A stretch of DNA of 64,000 nucleotides. Source: Eledone cirrhosa. Its lineage: Eukaryota. The position numbers and the translations under genes are program-made. The notes beneath the pieces were generated by a model. It was given only the letters and a program-made list of their open reading frames with translations, had not been told where the DNA came from and ran no database searches. Of this stretch, positions 40,826 to 52,927 are shown piece after piece (within the stretch, counting starts at the first letter, position 1; the number at the start of each line of letters is the position of its first letter). The stretch covers positions 3,038,001 through 3,102,000 of the forward strand of contig OZ024753.1 of NCBI GenBank assembly GCA_964016885.1. Direction: 5' to 3'.

Positions 40826-41184
40826 TGCGTACTTTGATATCAGATTTGATTGAATCAGCCTCAGTACTTATCTAGTAAGTGTTTACTGAACACAATGGAG
40901 TGAAAGGCAAAGTCAGTTTTGAACTAAGGATGTAGGGAGATGAGACTAAATACTATAAAGCATTTAGACAACAAATATAATCATAATAAATATGGTTTCT
41001 GATTTAAACATAAGGCCAACAGTTTGGAGAAAGGGGAAAGTTGATTAAATTGACCTCATAAGGATGAAAGGCACAGCTAACCTTGGTGGGATTTGAACAC
41101 TGGATGTAAAGGGACAAGACTATATGCTGCAAAGTATGATGTCCAATGCTATACCCATTCTACTGCCAATCCATACTAGATGTA

Positions 41185-41360
41185 CGAGGAATTAGATATA
41201 GTGTGCAGAAGAGCAGACTGCACAGATATGGGCATGTGATGTATATGGATGATGAACATTGGGTGAATAAGTGCTAAGAAATCCCAGTGGAAGGGAATAG
41301 AGAAAGACCAAGGAACACCTTGACAAAGGTTGTCAGAGCTGATCTCAAATGATTGAATCT
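41185..41360 (+). mobile_element. Decayed RTE ORF-end fragment
   Basis: GATATGGGCATGTGATG...GAAAGACCAAGGAACACCTTG...GAGCTGATCTC, similar to 31140-31300. Confidence 0.65.
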
Positions 41361-41632
41361 CTCCAAATATTTTTATTATTTTCAAAATTATTTGAAAATA
41401 ATAGACAATATCATTGATTAGAAATATAGCTATGAAAGGTTTAAATTTCATTAAGAAGAAGCAAATTAACTAAAATTGATTAGACTCATCAGTCTCTTTT
41501 ATTTGTTTCTAAGTAGTTTTGTAATTCTACTGTTACTTTGTACTAACAGTTTTCTACTAGCATATTTAGTCTAGGTCAGCTTTGGAATGTTGTAAGTACT
41601 TTCCTAGTTTCTTTAATATTTTTCTAAGCTCT

Positions 41633-41853
41633 TTAACACTTTAGCATTTAAACCGACTGTATCTGGCCAGAATTCTCTCACCTCTTTCTATTTAAACTGG
41701 CCATAACCGACCATTCATACTGATGTTAAGGTATTGTTCTCTAACATCGAAATCTCATGGATTCAATAGCATGTGAAGTAATTATGTAAGATAAAGCTTT
41801 TACCACGAAAATACAATAGTAAATATAGAGTAATATAAATACTAAAGGGTTAA
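41633..41853 (-). mobile_element. TTAA MITE family 1, complete
   Basis: TTAA-CACTTTAGCATTTA ... TAAATACTAAAGGG-TTAA; reverse orientation of 24390-24607. Confidence 0.88.
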
Positions 41854-42239
41854 GTTATCTAACTTACTACATCTTTTAATCTAATGTAATACTTTCTCCA
41901 TTTTGTCTGCTTGCACCTAAGATTCTGTACACCAAAGTGCAATTATCCACACTGTCCTGGCTTATATTATTACTGGAGTGATGATTTCTCACGTTTTATC
42001 AATTTTTTCAATTTTCTTTTCACAGTAAAAACAAAACAATATCTTACTAAAGTTAGTTTCGATTTTCATCATACAGTGATTTAACAATAATAGTTGTAAA
42101 AACTATATTATAAAGTGTAAATATGATATATTATGGTGAAAAATATAGTAAATATTATAAAATATATAATAATTTGTTGATATAACAAAGATTATAGGAG
42201 AAAGAGTGGAATTCGAACGTTCTGGTATTCAACCCTTCT

Positions 42240-42495
42240 TTAACCTTTTCATTACCATATTTCTTATGAAAGAGACTGACTATAATTTTCAATTGACTTT
42301 GAAAAATAATAAAGAATTATGAAACATTTTGTAATATAACTTTCTCATTATTTGTCTGGTGTTTGGAACATAACATTTGTTACAGAAAATGATGATGTAA
42401 GATTTTTTTTAGATAAAAATAAACAGTATAAAGCAAACAGCTGTGTATCTCAGCACCATGGGTGGTTTTAAGCAGTACGGTGTTAAAGGGGTTAA
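42240..42495 (+). mobile_element. TTAA MITE family 2
   Basis: TTAA-CCTTTTCATTACC ... GGTGTTAAAGGGG-TTAA. Confidence 0.75.
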
Positions 42496-42610
42496 ATGAA
42501 TTGACGTAGCAACAAAATCTATTCCAGCTTTATTTTATGACAAGAAAGCATATTTCTTTGGCTCTAAATCTATTTCACAAAACCAGAATCGCAGAATATT
42601 ATTATTATTT

Positions 42611-42865
42611 GGGTAATTGCTGGCCTTGTGCCAAAAGTAGAAACAATTATTATTATTATTGGATTGGCAGTATCAGTAGAGAGTCAGACGCCATGCTTTC
42701 CAGCATAGTTACGTCCCTTTACGGTCTGAGTTCAAATCCCGCCGAGGCTCACTTTGCCTTTCATCCTTACGGGGTCGATAAAATAAAGTACCAGTAATGC
42801 ACTGGGTAATTGCTGGCCTTGTGCCAAAAGTAGAAACAATTATTATTATTGTTATTATTATTATT
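42611..42865 (+). mobile_element. SINE family B preceded by a solo tail of another copy
   Basis: GGGTAATTGCTGGCCTTGTGCCAAAAGTAGAAACAATTATT at both 42611 and 42805. Confidence 0.92.
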
Positions 42866-43675
42866 TATTTTAAAAAAATGTTTTCTGCACGTTGTCTTTG
42901 CATTGCCAAATGAGCACAGCTTTGTGTACCTTGAGTATGTGCAGTGCCTGGTACTGCTTTTTTTTTGTATACTGTATATATTTCTAAGTCTTGGGGGTTT
43001 TAGTTATGTATCTGTCAGTGTTTTATTTATTACATTCCCAGAACAACTATTATTATAGGGATTATTTCTGTTTTCATCATCCACATTCGGGTTATTTCTA
43101 TCTCCATATTATCATTATTATTATTATTATCATTATTATTATTATCATCACCATCATCATTATAGTGAAACTCAAGTCATGGTTCAAAAGACTCAGTAAT
43201 TTTAGTTAAAGGTTTCAGTTTCCTCCTCCAGTCTGTACACGCTGGTGCTAACCTGGTTGGATGCCAATAACAACAACAGCACCAACATTAGATAACTATT
43301 TCCAGCAGATATAACTGTCCTCAAGAGAGTAAGACATTCTAAAAGGATTTCAGACAGGTTTATTTATTTTTATTATATTTCTATATTTTTGGCATTTTGT
43401 TCCAATATAGCATCCAAAGTAGATATAACAATATCCATACTAACTACCACCACCACCACCACCACCGCTACTGCTACTACTACTACTATAGCAAGGGTAA
43501 GGCATGGGGAGAGTTAGGAATAGAAAAAGTAGAACAGGAGGAAAACTAAATTTCTAGCTCCTCCTATGGTGTGAACAAATTACATATATATTTCAGGGTG
43601 GTGCCCCAGAATGGCCTCAGCCGGATGGCTGGAACAGGTAAAAGAGTAAAAGAATAAAGAATATATATATATATA

Positions 43676-43741
43676 TACGAGTAAATTGAGTTAGGAGCTC
43701 GGTCACGGAACGAATTAAACTCGTATCTCAAGGTATCACTG
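43676..43741 (-). mobile_element. Solo pogo/Tigger-like terminus inside (TA)n
   Basis: Minus strand reads TA-CAGTGATACCTTGAGATACGAGTTTAATTCGTTCCG, like Tigger-type TIRs. Confidence 0.6.
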
Positions 43742-43764
43742 TATATATATATGTGTGTGTGTAT

Positions 43765-44048
43765 GGTTCCGTAACTCCTGATAGTCATAGGGGCACTGTA
43801 TTAACACAGTGTTTCTTGGGCATTTTAAGCCTGGCGGAGCCCATCTCTCTCCAGGCCTAAGTAGACCAGATTTCTTCCAGAGGGGGTAAGAATCCACCCC
43901 AGTACTAGACTGGTACTTTTTTTATCGACCTCAAAAAGGATGAAAGGCAAAGTTGACCTCGGTCAGATTTGAACTCTGAGAGCAGTAAAACCAGAATGAA
44001 TACCATTAAGCATTCTACCCAACGTTCTACAGACTCTGCCAATTCGCC
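43765..44048 (-). mobile_element. SINE family B, alternative-tail subfamily
   Basis: Family B core (TTTATCGACC..AAAGGATGAAAGGCAAAGTTGACCTCGG..GATTTGAACTC) with a distinct approximately 140-bp tail. Confidence 0.85.
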
Positions 44049-44344
44049 AGCTATATATATATATATATATAGTAATAATAATAAATTTGAAGACTAAAAT
44101 CCAAAGAGGGCTCGATAAGGATAAATATATATCAAATATATAAGAACCATAGAGCAAATATTTCAGAAGATTCCGTTAAGGGTGAAAGCAGCGATTCTTT
44201 ACTTAAACTTTAATCTGTTATTTTAATAAATATATATATATATAAATATATATATGTAGAAGGTGAGTAATATTGTAGAAAAAATAAAACTATGCATATA
44301 TCAGATAGTAGCACTCAACAGTTGGTAGAACTGGAGTATATATT

Positions 44345-44570
44345 AAAGAAGAAATTAAAAGATAGTTAAAAAAGTTCCATATATTTTATTATGCGCATTT
44401 CGAAAACAACATCATCCTGGGACAAAAATTGTGTCCTCATCAGATAAAATAAGGTAACATGATATGAGGCCTAAAAACACTTTCAACAGGAAAGTGCAAA
44501 GTCTACATATTTCGAAATGTGCATAATAAAATATATGGAACATTTTTAACCATCTTTTAATTTCTTCTTT
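44345..44570. repeat. 61-bp inverted repeat element containing a hammerhead motif
   Basis: 44345-44405 versus 44510-44570, three mismatches. Confidence 0.9.
44382..44451 (-). ncRNA. Type I hammerhead ribozyme motif with canonical core
   Basis: Minus strand: stem I UAUUUUAU, CUGAUGA, stem II (GGACACAAU.../...GUUGUUUUC), GAAA, palindromic stem III AUGCGCAU, A17, stem I' AUAAAAUA. Confidence 0.8.
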
Positions 44571-44622
<52 letters not shown>

Positions 44623-44623
44623 C

Positions 44624-44781
44624 AGAGTTTTATTGTTGTAAAAGACACTATGTATATTTCAATGGCATGGTAACAATATCATCAGGTGCAGATTACATAT
44701 CCACATATGATGATCTCAACAGGGTCTTACATAACTAGACCATTGAAATATATATACTGTCTTTTGCAGCCATAAAACTTT
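44624..44781. repeat. 42-bp inverted repeat element containing a second hammerhead motif
   Basis: 44624-44665 versus 44740-44781, about six mismatches. Confidence 0.8.
44645..44689 (-). ncRNA. Type I hammerhead motif, core intact, stems eroded
   Basis: Minus strand GCAC-CUGAUGA-UAUUGUUACCAUGCCAUU-GAAA-UAUACA-UA-GUGU. Confidence 0.55.
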
Positions 44782-44984
44782 AAAAGGATATCTCCAGTCC
44801 AACCTTCTGCTGTCTTAATCAAATAAATATTTAACTATATTCCTGGAACAGCCTAGGGATTCAACATCAATGATGGATGAGTTGCATAATGTTGAGTGCT
44901 TTTCCTACTATATCAACATGGTTGACTAAATGGAATGACCAGTTCTATCCACTGGTGAACCTCAAAACATATATATATATGTAT

Positions 44985-45325
44985 GGAGGCACATGGCTTA
45001 GTGGTTAGAGCATTGGCCTTGCAATCGAAAGGTTGTGAGTTCAATTCTCAGACCGGGTGATGTGTTGTTTCCTTGAGCAAGACACTTTATTTCACATTGC
45101 TCCAGTTTACTCAGCTGTAGAAATGAGATGATAGAGATCCATATCATTCCACTGCAAAGTGGTCGTTGAGGTGCCACGACAAAAAAAAAAAGCACCCAGC
45201 ACTCACTGTAAATGAGGTTGGTGTTAGGAAGGGCATCGAGCTGTAGAAATCAAGCCAAAATCAGTTCCCGTCCCACCCTTGCAAGCAGGGAAAAAGCGGA
45301 CGTAAAATGAAATGATGATGATGAT
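44985..45325 (+). mobile_element. SINE family A, short-tail subfamily
   Basis: Near-identical to 9349-9690. Confidence 0.93.
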
Positions 45326-45561
45326 ATACAGAGAAAGAGAGAGAAAATAAGTGAAAGATATATGAAGACTCAAAATGTTAGAAAGACAGAAGAAAAGTGA
45401 GAGTTAGGGAATGTGTTCATGAATGCCCATACAATCAAATGTATCTCTGTATCACAGTCTTAATAGTGATTCTAGTTTGCATTACAAACATATTAGGCAA
45501 ACATTACACTATTTTATGGAAAATGGAAATGGATGTAAAAGAAAGGAAAGGGTATATATAC

Positions 45562-45597
<36 letters not shown>

Positions 45598-46066
45598 ATT
45601 TGCATACATTTATACACATAGAGAAAAACAGACAAGTAACCACACAAACAAATATACAGAGATGTAGACATGTGTTCTGAGAAAAATACCTCAAAAGGCA
45701 TCACAAAATGATCAAACACATTATATAATCAGATATTCCAGGTAATTTTCTAACAGCCATCAATAAACTACATAAAAGTTCAATACCAATCAAAGGTTAC
45801 AGGCTAATATCAGATGATAAACATGGGATTGACAGACTGACACATAGAAGGGTTGGTATGTGTGTATATATATACGTATATATATATATAGATAGATATA
45901 TAGATAGATAGATAGAGAGTGAGCGATAGAGAGAGAGAGATGTGTAAAATTCCAACTGTGGCTTCATCTCCCCCCTCTCTATCTCTCTCTCTATATCTAT
46001 ATATGTATGTGTGTGTGTGTATATACATGCACATGTGATCAAAGCAAAGACATAAGGATCAAACAT

Positions 46067-46129
<63 letters not shown>

Positions 46130-46959
46130 TGTATATATAGTGAGAGAAAGAGGAAATAGAGAGATTGGAAAATAGGAAATGTATGTGCAAAGATATGTTG
46201 ATATATGGGGATGTATACTGGTTAAATACGATAGGGTCATATATATGATATACAACTTTATATGACTATAGAATATTCATAAAGATGGCATTAACCAGAA
46301 TGCTAATGGTACAGTAGTGCTGCTTGTAAACAAGAATGGACAAGCTTCAATTAGTACTATTCAGTTTATCCATAGCTATAGAATCATACAAAAAGGCATT
46401 GCTGTTTTATATATATTGTTGTGATGAAGAACGAATGTAACTAATGGCTAACTGGAATTATTTGCTCTAGAAATCAGTTCAGCAAGTAATGGGGATATGA
46501 CAAGCAAATTGTTGCAGCAAATATCCCAAGGGATGCATTGTATGGGTAATCTATCAATAACCCTAAATATAAACCAATGTAATTTATTGGATGTTTCTGA
46601 TTGGTTGTTGAAGAAGATCAACAGGCAGAAGAACAACACAAATAAGACAGGAAAGAGGTAACTGAGACTAACATGTTTTAACCCTTTTGATACCAAAACA
46701 CCCCTGCTTCTTTTATGATACACAACTCATCATCAGCATTATTTAATATCTGCTATACAAGTCATGTACATAATTGAAGCTACTGACCTTCTAGACAGGC
46801 CAGGGACAACTCATATATATATTCTATTTATAAAATAATTTCTAAAACTAAATACCCTTCCTTTTACCAACAACTTGTTTTTATATTCAATAGTACACGA
46901 AGCCGATGTCTCAGACTTTTAAGCCCATATATATGTGTGTTTGTGTGTGTGTGTGTGTG

Positions 46960-47087
46960 ATTGGAAGGGCATCCAGCCATAGAAACCATGCCAGAAACAG
47001 TTCTGTATGAACAAGGCAGTCACATGACCTGGTTCAAATAGGACAGCCTGTCTAAACCGAGCTATCATGGAAAATGAACAGTAAATG

Positions 47088-47090
<3 letters not shown>
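46960..47090 (+). mobile_element. RTE 3' UTR fragment
   Basis: GGAAGGGCATCCAGCCATAGAAACC...ATCATGGAAAATGAAC. Confidence 0.75.
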
Positions 47091-47140
<50 letters not shown>

Positions 47141-47770
47141 GATGATGTGCTCGCGGGCAGAGATATTATAAAATAGCTTATAAAATAGGCTTGAGCCCAT
47201 TATCTTTTGCACATATATTTCATATCTAAATTTTAACTGTCCTTATTTTATTTAGGAATCCTTTGTTAAAATTGTTTCAAACAGAAGCTTGAAACTGTAA
47301 ACGTTATTTTACAAAAACCCACAAAATTCTTTATTATTTAAAAATCTGATTGAAAATAACAAGTAGTTTATTTCATTTGAAATATGTTAATGAAACATTT
47401 GATATAACATTTAAATACTAAAAAAAAAGTATGTGAATCTGAAATCTTTAAGGTATCATCTCTTAACAACTTGCAATGATTTAGCAGAAAACATCTAAAA
47501 ATAGGTTTTATACTTCAAATGTTTATAGTAGATTTACTAGTGGACAAATTATTGTAAAGGTTTGCAGACTTAGTGTAAAGACATTTTATTTCGGTGAAAA
47601 AATGTTTTGCTAATGCAACTTCATATAGGACAGGATGTTAAGAAAATTCACAGGAAATCATACATTATTCAATGTTTATTTAATCATGTTATGATGCAAT
47701 ATCTTTAACATATAGCTAAGATCTGCTCTGTTAAAATAGACACTTAAAACATTTTATTGAATCTCTGTAT

Positions 47771-48185
47771 TTTTTGACAAGTGCTCAAGTCAATTCAATC
47801 AACAGAACTCTATGCTTGTGAAATTAACTTGTTAGTGGTTGAGCATTCCACTGACATGTCTACCCTTAACATAGTCCCCAAGGAGATTATCTTAGGGTGT
47901 CCAACTAATGGTATATAAAGTCATGAATTCAATTTTTAGACCAGGCAGTGCATCATGTCCTTGACCAAGACGTTTTATTTTATGTTTGTCTTGTCCACTC
48001 AGCTGGCAAAATTGAATTGTACCTGTAATTAACCAGGCCATCTTTGTCACAGATTGGGTCAGGTGGAATGTCCCTGAGAACTATGTTAATGGTACACTTG
48101 TCTGTAGAATGCTTAACCACTTACAAGTTAATTTCACAAGCAAGCAGTTCTGTTGATCAAATTGATTGGAGCAATTGTTGAAAAA
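47771..48185 (+). mobile_element. Decayed SINE family A-related copy with an upstream inverted copy of its tail
   Basis: Centre GTCCTTGACCAAGACGTTTTATTT..CCACTCAGCTGGCAAAA; 47771-47888 is complementary to 48067-48185. Confidence 0.75.
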
Positions 48186-48194
48186 TACATGTCT

Positions 48195-48980
48195 TATTAT
48201 GTGAAAATCTATGTCTTAGCACATGAAAATTCTTGTCTTAGTATGTGAAGATCTATGTCTTAGTATGTGAAGATCTATGTCTTAGTATGTGAAGATCTAT
48301 GTCTTAGTATGTGAAGATCTATGTCTTAGTATGTAAAGATTTGTGTCTTATTGTGTGAAGATTCGTGCCTTAGTGTGTAAAGATTCGTGCCTTAGTGTGT
48401 AAAGATTTGTGCCTTAGTGTGTAAAGATTCGTGCCTTAGTGTGTAAAGATTCGTGCCTTAGTGTGTAAAGATTCGTGCCTTAGTGTGTAAAGATTTGTGC
48501 CTTAGTGTGTAAAAGTTCATGTCTTAGTGTGTAAAAGTTCATGCCTGAGTGTGTAAAAGTTCATGTCTTAGTGTGTAAAAGTTCATGCCTGAGTGTGTAA
48601 AAGTTCATGTCTGAGTGTGTAAAGGTTCATGTCTTAGTGTGTAAAGGTTCATGTCTTAGTGTGTAAAGGTTCATGTCTGAGTGTGTAAAGGTTCATGTCT
48701 GAGTGTGTAAAGGTTCATGTCTTAGTGTGTAAAGGTTCATGTCTTAGTGTGTAAAAATTCATGTCTTAGTGTGTAAAAATTCATGTCTTAGTGTGTAAAA
48801 ATTCATGTCTTAGTGAGTAAAAATTCATGTCAGTGAGTAAAAATTCATGTCAGTGAGTAAAAATTCATGTCTTAGTGTGTAAAAATTCATGTCTTAGTAT
48901 GTAAAAATTCATGTCTTAGTGTGTAAAAATTCATGTCTTAGTGAGTAAAAATTCATGTCTTAGTGTGTGAAAATTCATGC
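48195..48980. repeat. 22-bp minisatellite, about 35 copies
   Basis: Consensus ATTCATGTCTTAGTGTGTAAAA, with blocks of variants. Confidence 0.97.
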
Positions 48981-49809
48981 ATTATTTGATTTTTATTCAA
49001 ACATACATCTTTTGATGAGATTATGTCTAACATATATATAAAGTATACTCTATCGGAACTGGACACATTTAAAACATGTATTATGTGTTTCAGTGATCTG
49101 ATTTATTGTGTGATATTGACGGTGATGATTACTTTTGACACATTTGAGCAAAATTAGAAATATCTGGAACTCAACTAAATTCACTGGCAGATTCTGATAA
49201 ATCTGCCAGAAATTAGTGAACTTTGAACCTGATGTTTCAACATTTTTGTTTTCCCCAGTTAATTTGATACTGCTAATGTTTAGTATAAATAGTAGAAAAA
49301 AACAAACATTATTCACATTTTATAACTAAATACGAAAAACAAACAAAAATATTCTGCAGAAGTCTAAACAAACATTGTGAGAACTACACACACATACACA
49401 CAGATACATACACACACACATATATATATATACACATGTTTGGTCAGAACCAGCTAAGCCATTTGAGGATTATAACTACTTTGCATTAAATCAATGTAAC
49501 AATACAGTAAAAAATTAACCTAAACTGTCTCTAAAACTTCATAAAACCATTTGTTTCTAGTTGGACATTTTTTCCCCTTTAAAAATTCTTTATTCAATTC
49601 TAATGACCTAATTTTAGATATTTAGACTAATTGCTTTCTACCATCAAACTATGGTTCACATATCCAGGTCTTTTCATGCTTAGTCCAATGTCTTTCTAAC
49701 ATCAAATTATGGTACATAGATCCAGTTCTCTTGTAATGAGTGTGTGTGAATGTGCATGTGTAAATTTGCAATGTGTGTGTGTTGGAGTGTTGGTTCTCTT
49801 TCAGTTCCA

Positions 49810-50052
49810 ATGATGAGTGTTTCAGTTGTTAAAAAACTACAACCTGCTCATAAAATTCATATGCATTCCACAGGGTGAATCAGCATATGACAAGGCTGGC
49901 CATTTGAATCACAGGTATAACTCGTTTTTGCCAGCTGAGTGGATTGCAACAACAAGAAATACATTTTCTCGCTCAAGACCCAATGCGCTGCCTAGAATTG
50001 GATTTAGGACCTTATAATCATGAGCCAAAAACAAGAATCTCTGAGCCACATG
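49810..50052 (-). mobile_element. Decayed SINE family A-related copy
   Basis: GACAAGGCTGGCC...TTTTTGCCAGCTGAGTGGA...CTCGCTCAAG; homologous to 57515-57797. Confidence 0.7.
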
Positions 50053-50203
50053 ACTTCATATACACATATGCATATATTTATTATCTACATAGCTTTTAAA
50101 CCATTCCTTGGCTAACACTCACACAGTCTTGTAGACTAAAAAATTCCTTTAGATAAAAAAAATGTTATGGACTAGCTGGGAGGTGGCTGCTTATCTGTCA
50201 TTC

Positions 50204-50387
50204 TGTTTCTACTTTAGGCACAAGGCCAGCAATTACCCAGTTCATTACTGGTACTTTATTTTATCGACCCCGTAAGGATGAAAGGCAAAGCCAACCTCGG
50301 CGGGATTTGAACTCAGATCGTAAAGGGACGTAACTATGCTGGAAAGCATGGCGTCCAACCCGCTACCGATACTGCCAATCCACCGCC
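50204..50387 (-). mobile_element. SINE family B, young copy
   Basis: Reverse-complement consensus match. Confidence 0.92.
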
Positions 50388-50828
50388 CTGCTGGAAATAA
50401 CATTGCCTCCATACTACACACCTGACATATACACCTACTATAAGTATGTGTATCTTTTTTATCTGCATACAACCATATCTACCTAACTGTCTGTCTATCT
50501 TGTTAGCTATCCACCTACCCCGATACATAATTTACCTGCCACTATTTCTACCTATCTAGCTACCAACAAATGATATAGTACTCCTATCCAACAACTGGAT
50601 ACAATAGCTAATGTGATATTTCAATTATATTTCTATTAACAATCTGCACTTTTATTTGTAATATTGTATAATATACATAACACACGCACACACACACACA
50701 CACAAACACACATATATATATATACCCCCCCACACATACACATACGGCTGGGGCTGTGTATTGAATCATATACAAAATAATGTTCATGTAAGTACACTCT
50801 TTCTCACACTCACACATACACATATATA

Positions 50829-50902
50829 CAAAGTGTCCCCAAAATGTATACACACATTGATTAGAATACTGTTGAAGCATGTATACCTTTTTAGGGGACA
50901 CC

Positions 50903-50905
<3 letters not shown>
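50829..50905. mobile_element. Tc1/mariner-type MITE (same family as 27833-27930)
   Basis: CAAAGTGTCCCCAAAATGTATACA ... TGTATACCTTTTTAGGGGACACCCTG. Confidence 0.82.
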
Positions 50906-50969
<64 letters not shown>

Positions 50970-50977
50970 TATATATA

Positions 50978-51310
50978 GCACATGGCTTAGTGGTTAGAGC
51001 ATTGGCCTTGCAATCGAAAGGTTGTGAGTTCAATTCTCAGACCGGGTGATGTGTTGTTTCCTTGAGCAAGACACTTTATTTCACATTGCTCCAGTTTAAT
51101 CAGCTGTAGAAATGAGATGATAGGGACTGGGGTCCATATCATTCCATTGCAAAGTGGTCGTGGAGGTGCCACTGCAAAAAGCACGCAGCACTCACTGTAA
51201 ATGAGGTTTGTGTTAGGAAGGGCATCCAACTGTAGAAATCAAGCCAGAATCAGTTCCCGTCCCACCCTTGCAAGCAGGGAAAAAGCGGACGTAAAATGAA
51301 ATGATGATGA
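50978..51310 (+). mobile_element. SINE family A, short-tail subfamily
   Basis: Near-identical to 9349-9690 and 44985-45325. Confidence 0.93.
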
Positions 51311-51806
51311 ATGGTAAATGTGAAGACTAAAATCCGAAGAGGGCTCATTAAGGATTATATATACATATAACATATATATATATATAAAAAGCCGCGTAAG
51401 CGCTGGAAGTACTGCATTAAAGAAGATTTAAATGCCTTCAGCTTCAACTTCTCAACATGGCAGGAGATGACTACTGACTACAGTGCTTGGAATAAGAAGA
51501 CAAAGAATGGCTGTGCTCATTCAGAAGTGTCACTGTGATACAACTGTAATGTATCACCAAGAGATGTACCACACTTGTGATCTCCCTCTCCCTCTCTGTG
51601 CATGTAGATGCATTACTTTTGCTATACATTGAACTATACAGAGTAAAACGATTTCATTACATTACACTACTTGGGTTTATTTTGTCAACACCAACAAGAG
51701 CATACGAAAAGTAGCCCTTAATAGAATTTCTGTTGATTCATTCTTAGTTACTATTAATGAGACAGTATATATATTCAATTGTACATTGTATAACAATTCC
51801 CCAGCC

Positions 51807-51995
51807 TAATAATTGTTTCTATTTTAGGCATAAGGCCAGCAATTACCCAGCACATTACTGGTACTTTATTTTATCGACCCCGTAAGGATGAAAGGCAAAG
51901 TTAACCTCGGCGGGATTTGAACTCAGATCATAAAGGGACGTAACTCTATGCTTCAAAGCATGGTGTCTGACTCTCTACCGATACTGCCTATCCAC
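51807..51995 (-). mobile_element. SINE family B
   Basis: Reverse-complement consensus match; CCTAATAAT on both flanks. Confidence 0.92.
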
Positions 51996-52401
51996 CCCCC
52001 TCCCTAATAATGAATCCATATAATATAACTACTGTATAAATGTCATTACCTATGTATCAACATTGTCAATGAATGAAGTCATTGTTAATATTAAAATAAA
52101 ATTCTATTACATGTAGGTTAGGGATTATTTTGATATCATTAGTAAGAATTAGCTGAATAAAGCCTGCGTTAAATTGTCTTGTAATTCCAATAATATGAAA
52201 TAGAGTAACAGTAATTTAGTATGTAATTACGTGTGAATGTCATGTGATTACATAGTAAACAAATAAGTCTGGGAAATGCCATCCTTGAAATGAATAAGCA
52301 GTCTACTATTATAAACTACTAAGAACAAGATTGTATGTTAATTTAGAAGCATAAGTTTGCATTGTGTGAGCAAGTACTTTAATGAATATAACTTTATCAC
52401 A

Positions 52402-52604
52402 TTAACCCTTCAGCATTTAAATTGGCCATATCCAATCAGAATCTTTTCAGACTGGCTGTAACCGGCTGCTCATACTAATATTACGGTATTGTTCTCAAAT
52501 TAAATAACAAAATCTCATAGATTCGATATTATGTAAGATAATTATACGAGAGAAAGCCTTTAACTAGGAAATATAATGGTAGATATAGAGTAATGTAAAG
52601 GTTA
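52402..52604 (-). mobile_element. TTAA MITE family 1
   Basis: TTAA-CCCTTCAGCATTTA...; homologous to 41633-41853. Confidence 0.8.
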
Positions 52605-52719
52605 TAAGTTTATGAATTGACACCATCAATACATGGCATTTCTTGGATAATACATAACATTCAATGATAGTGTATCTAGTTTTAAATAAGTAATATTAAA
52701 TAAGTAGCAAACTGGGAGA

Positions 52720-52927
52720 CTCATTAGAATACTGGAGTGAATACTTTGTGGTATTCATTCTGGTTCTCTGCCCTTTGAAATTAAATCCGGCTGAGGTCAA
52801 CTTTGCCTTTTATCATTCTGAAGTCAATAAAATACAAATCCAGTACTTGGGTTGAATCTCTGTCTGGAAAAAAAGTGTTCAGACCTGGAGAGGGATAGGC
52901 CCTAACAGGTTTAAAATGCTTAAGACA
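52720..52927 (+). mobile_element. SINE family B, alternative-tail subfamily (decayed)
   Basis: GAGGTCAACTTTGCCTTT... followed by CCTGGAGAGGGATAGGCCC..CAGGTTTAAAATGC. Confidence 0.7.

Noticed and set aside
48195-48980. CRISPR-like appearance of the 22-bp array (also the 20-bp array at 26297 and the 37-bp array at 40515)
   Set aside because: Contiguous tandem units with no unique spacers, no cas genes, and a eukaryotic context.
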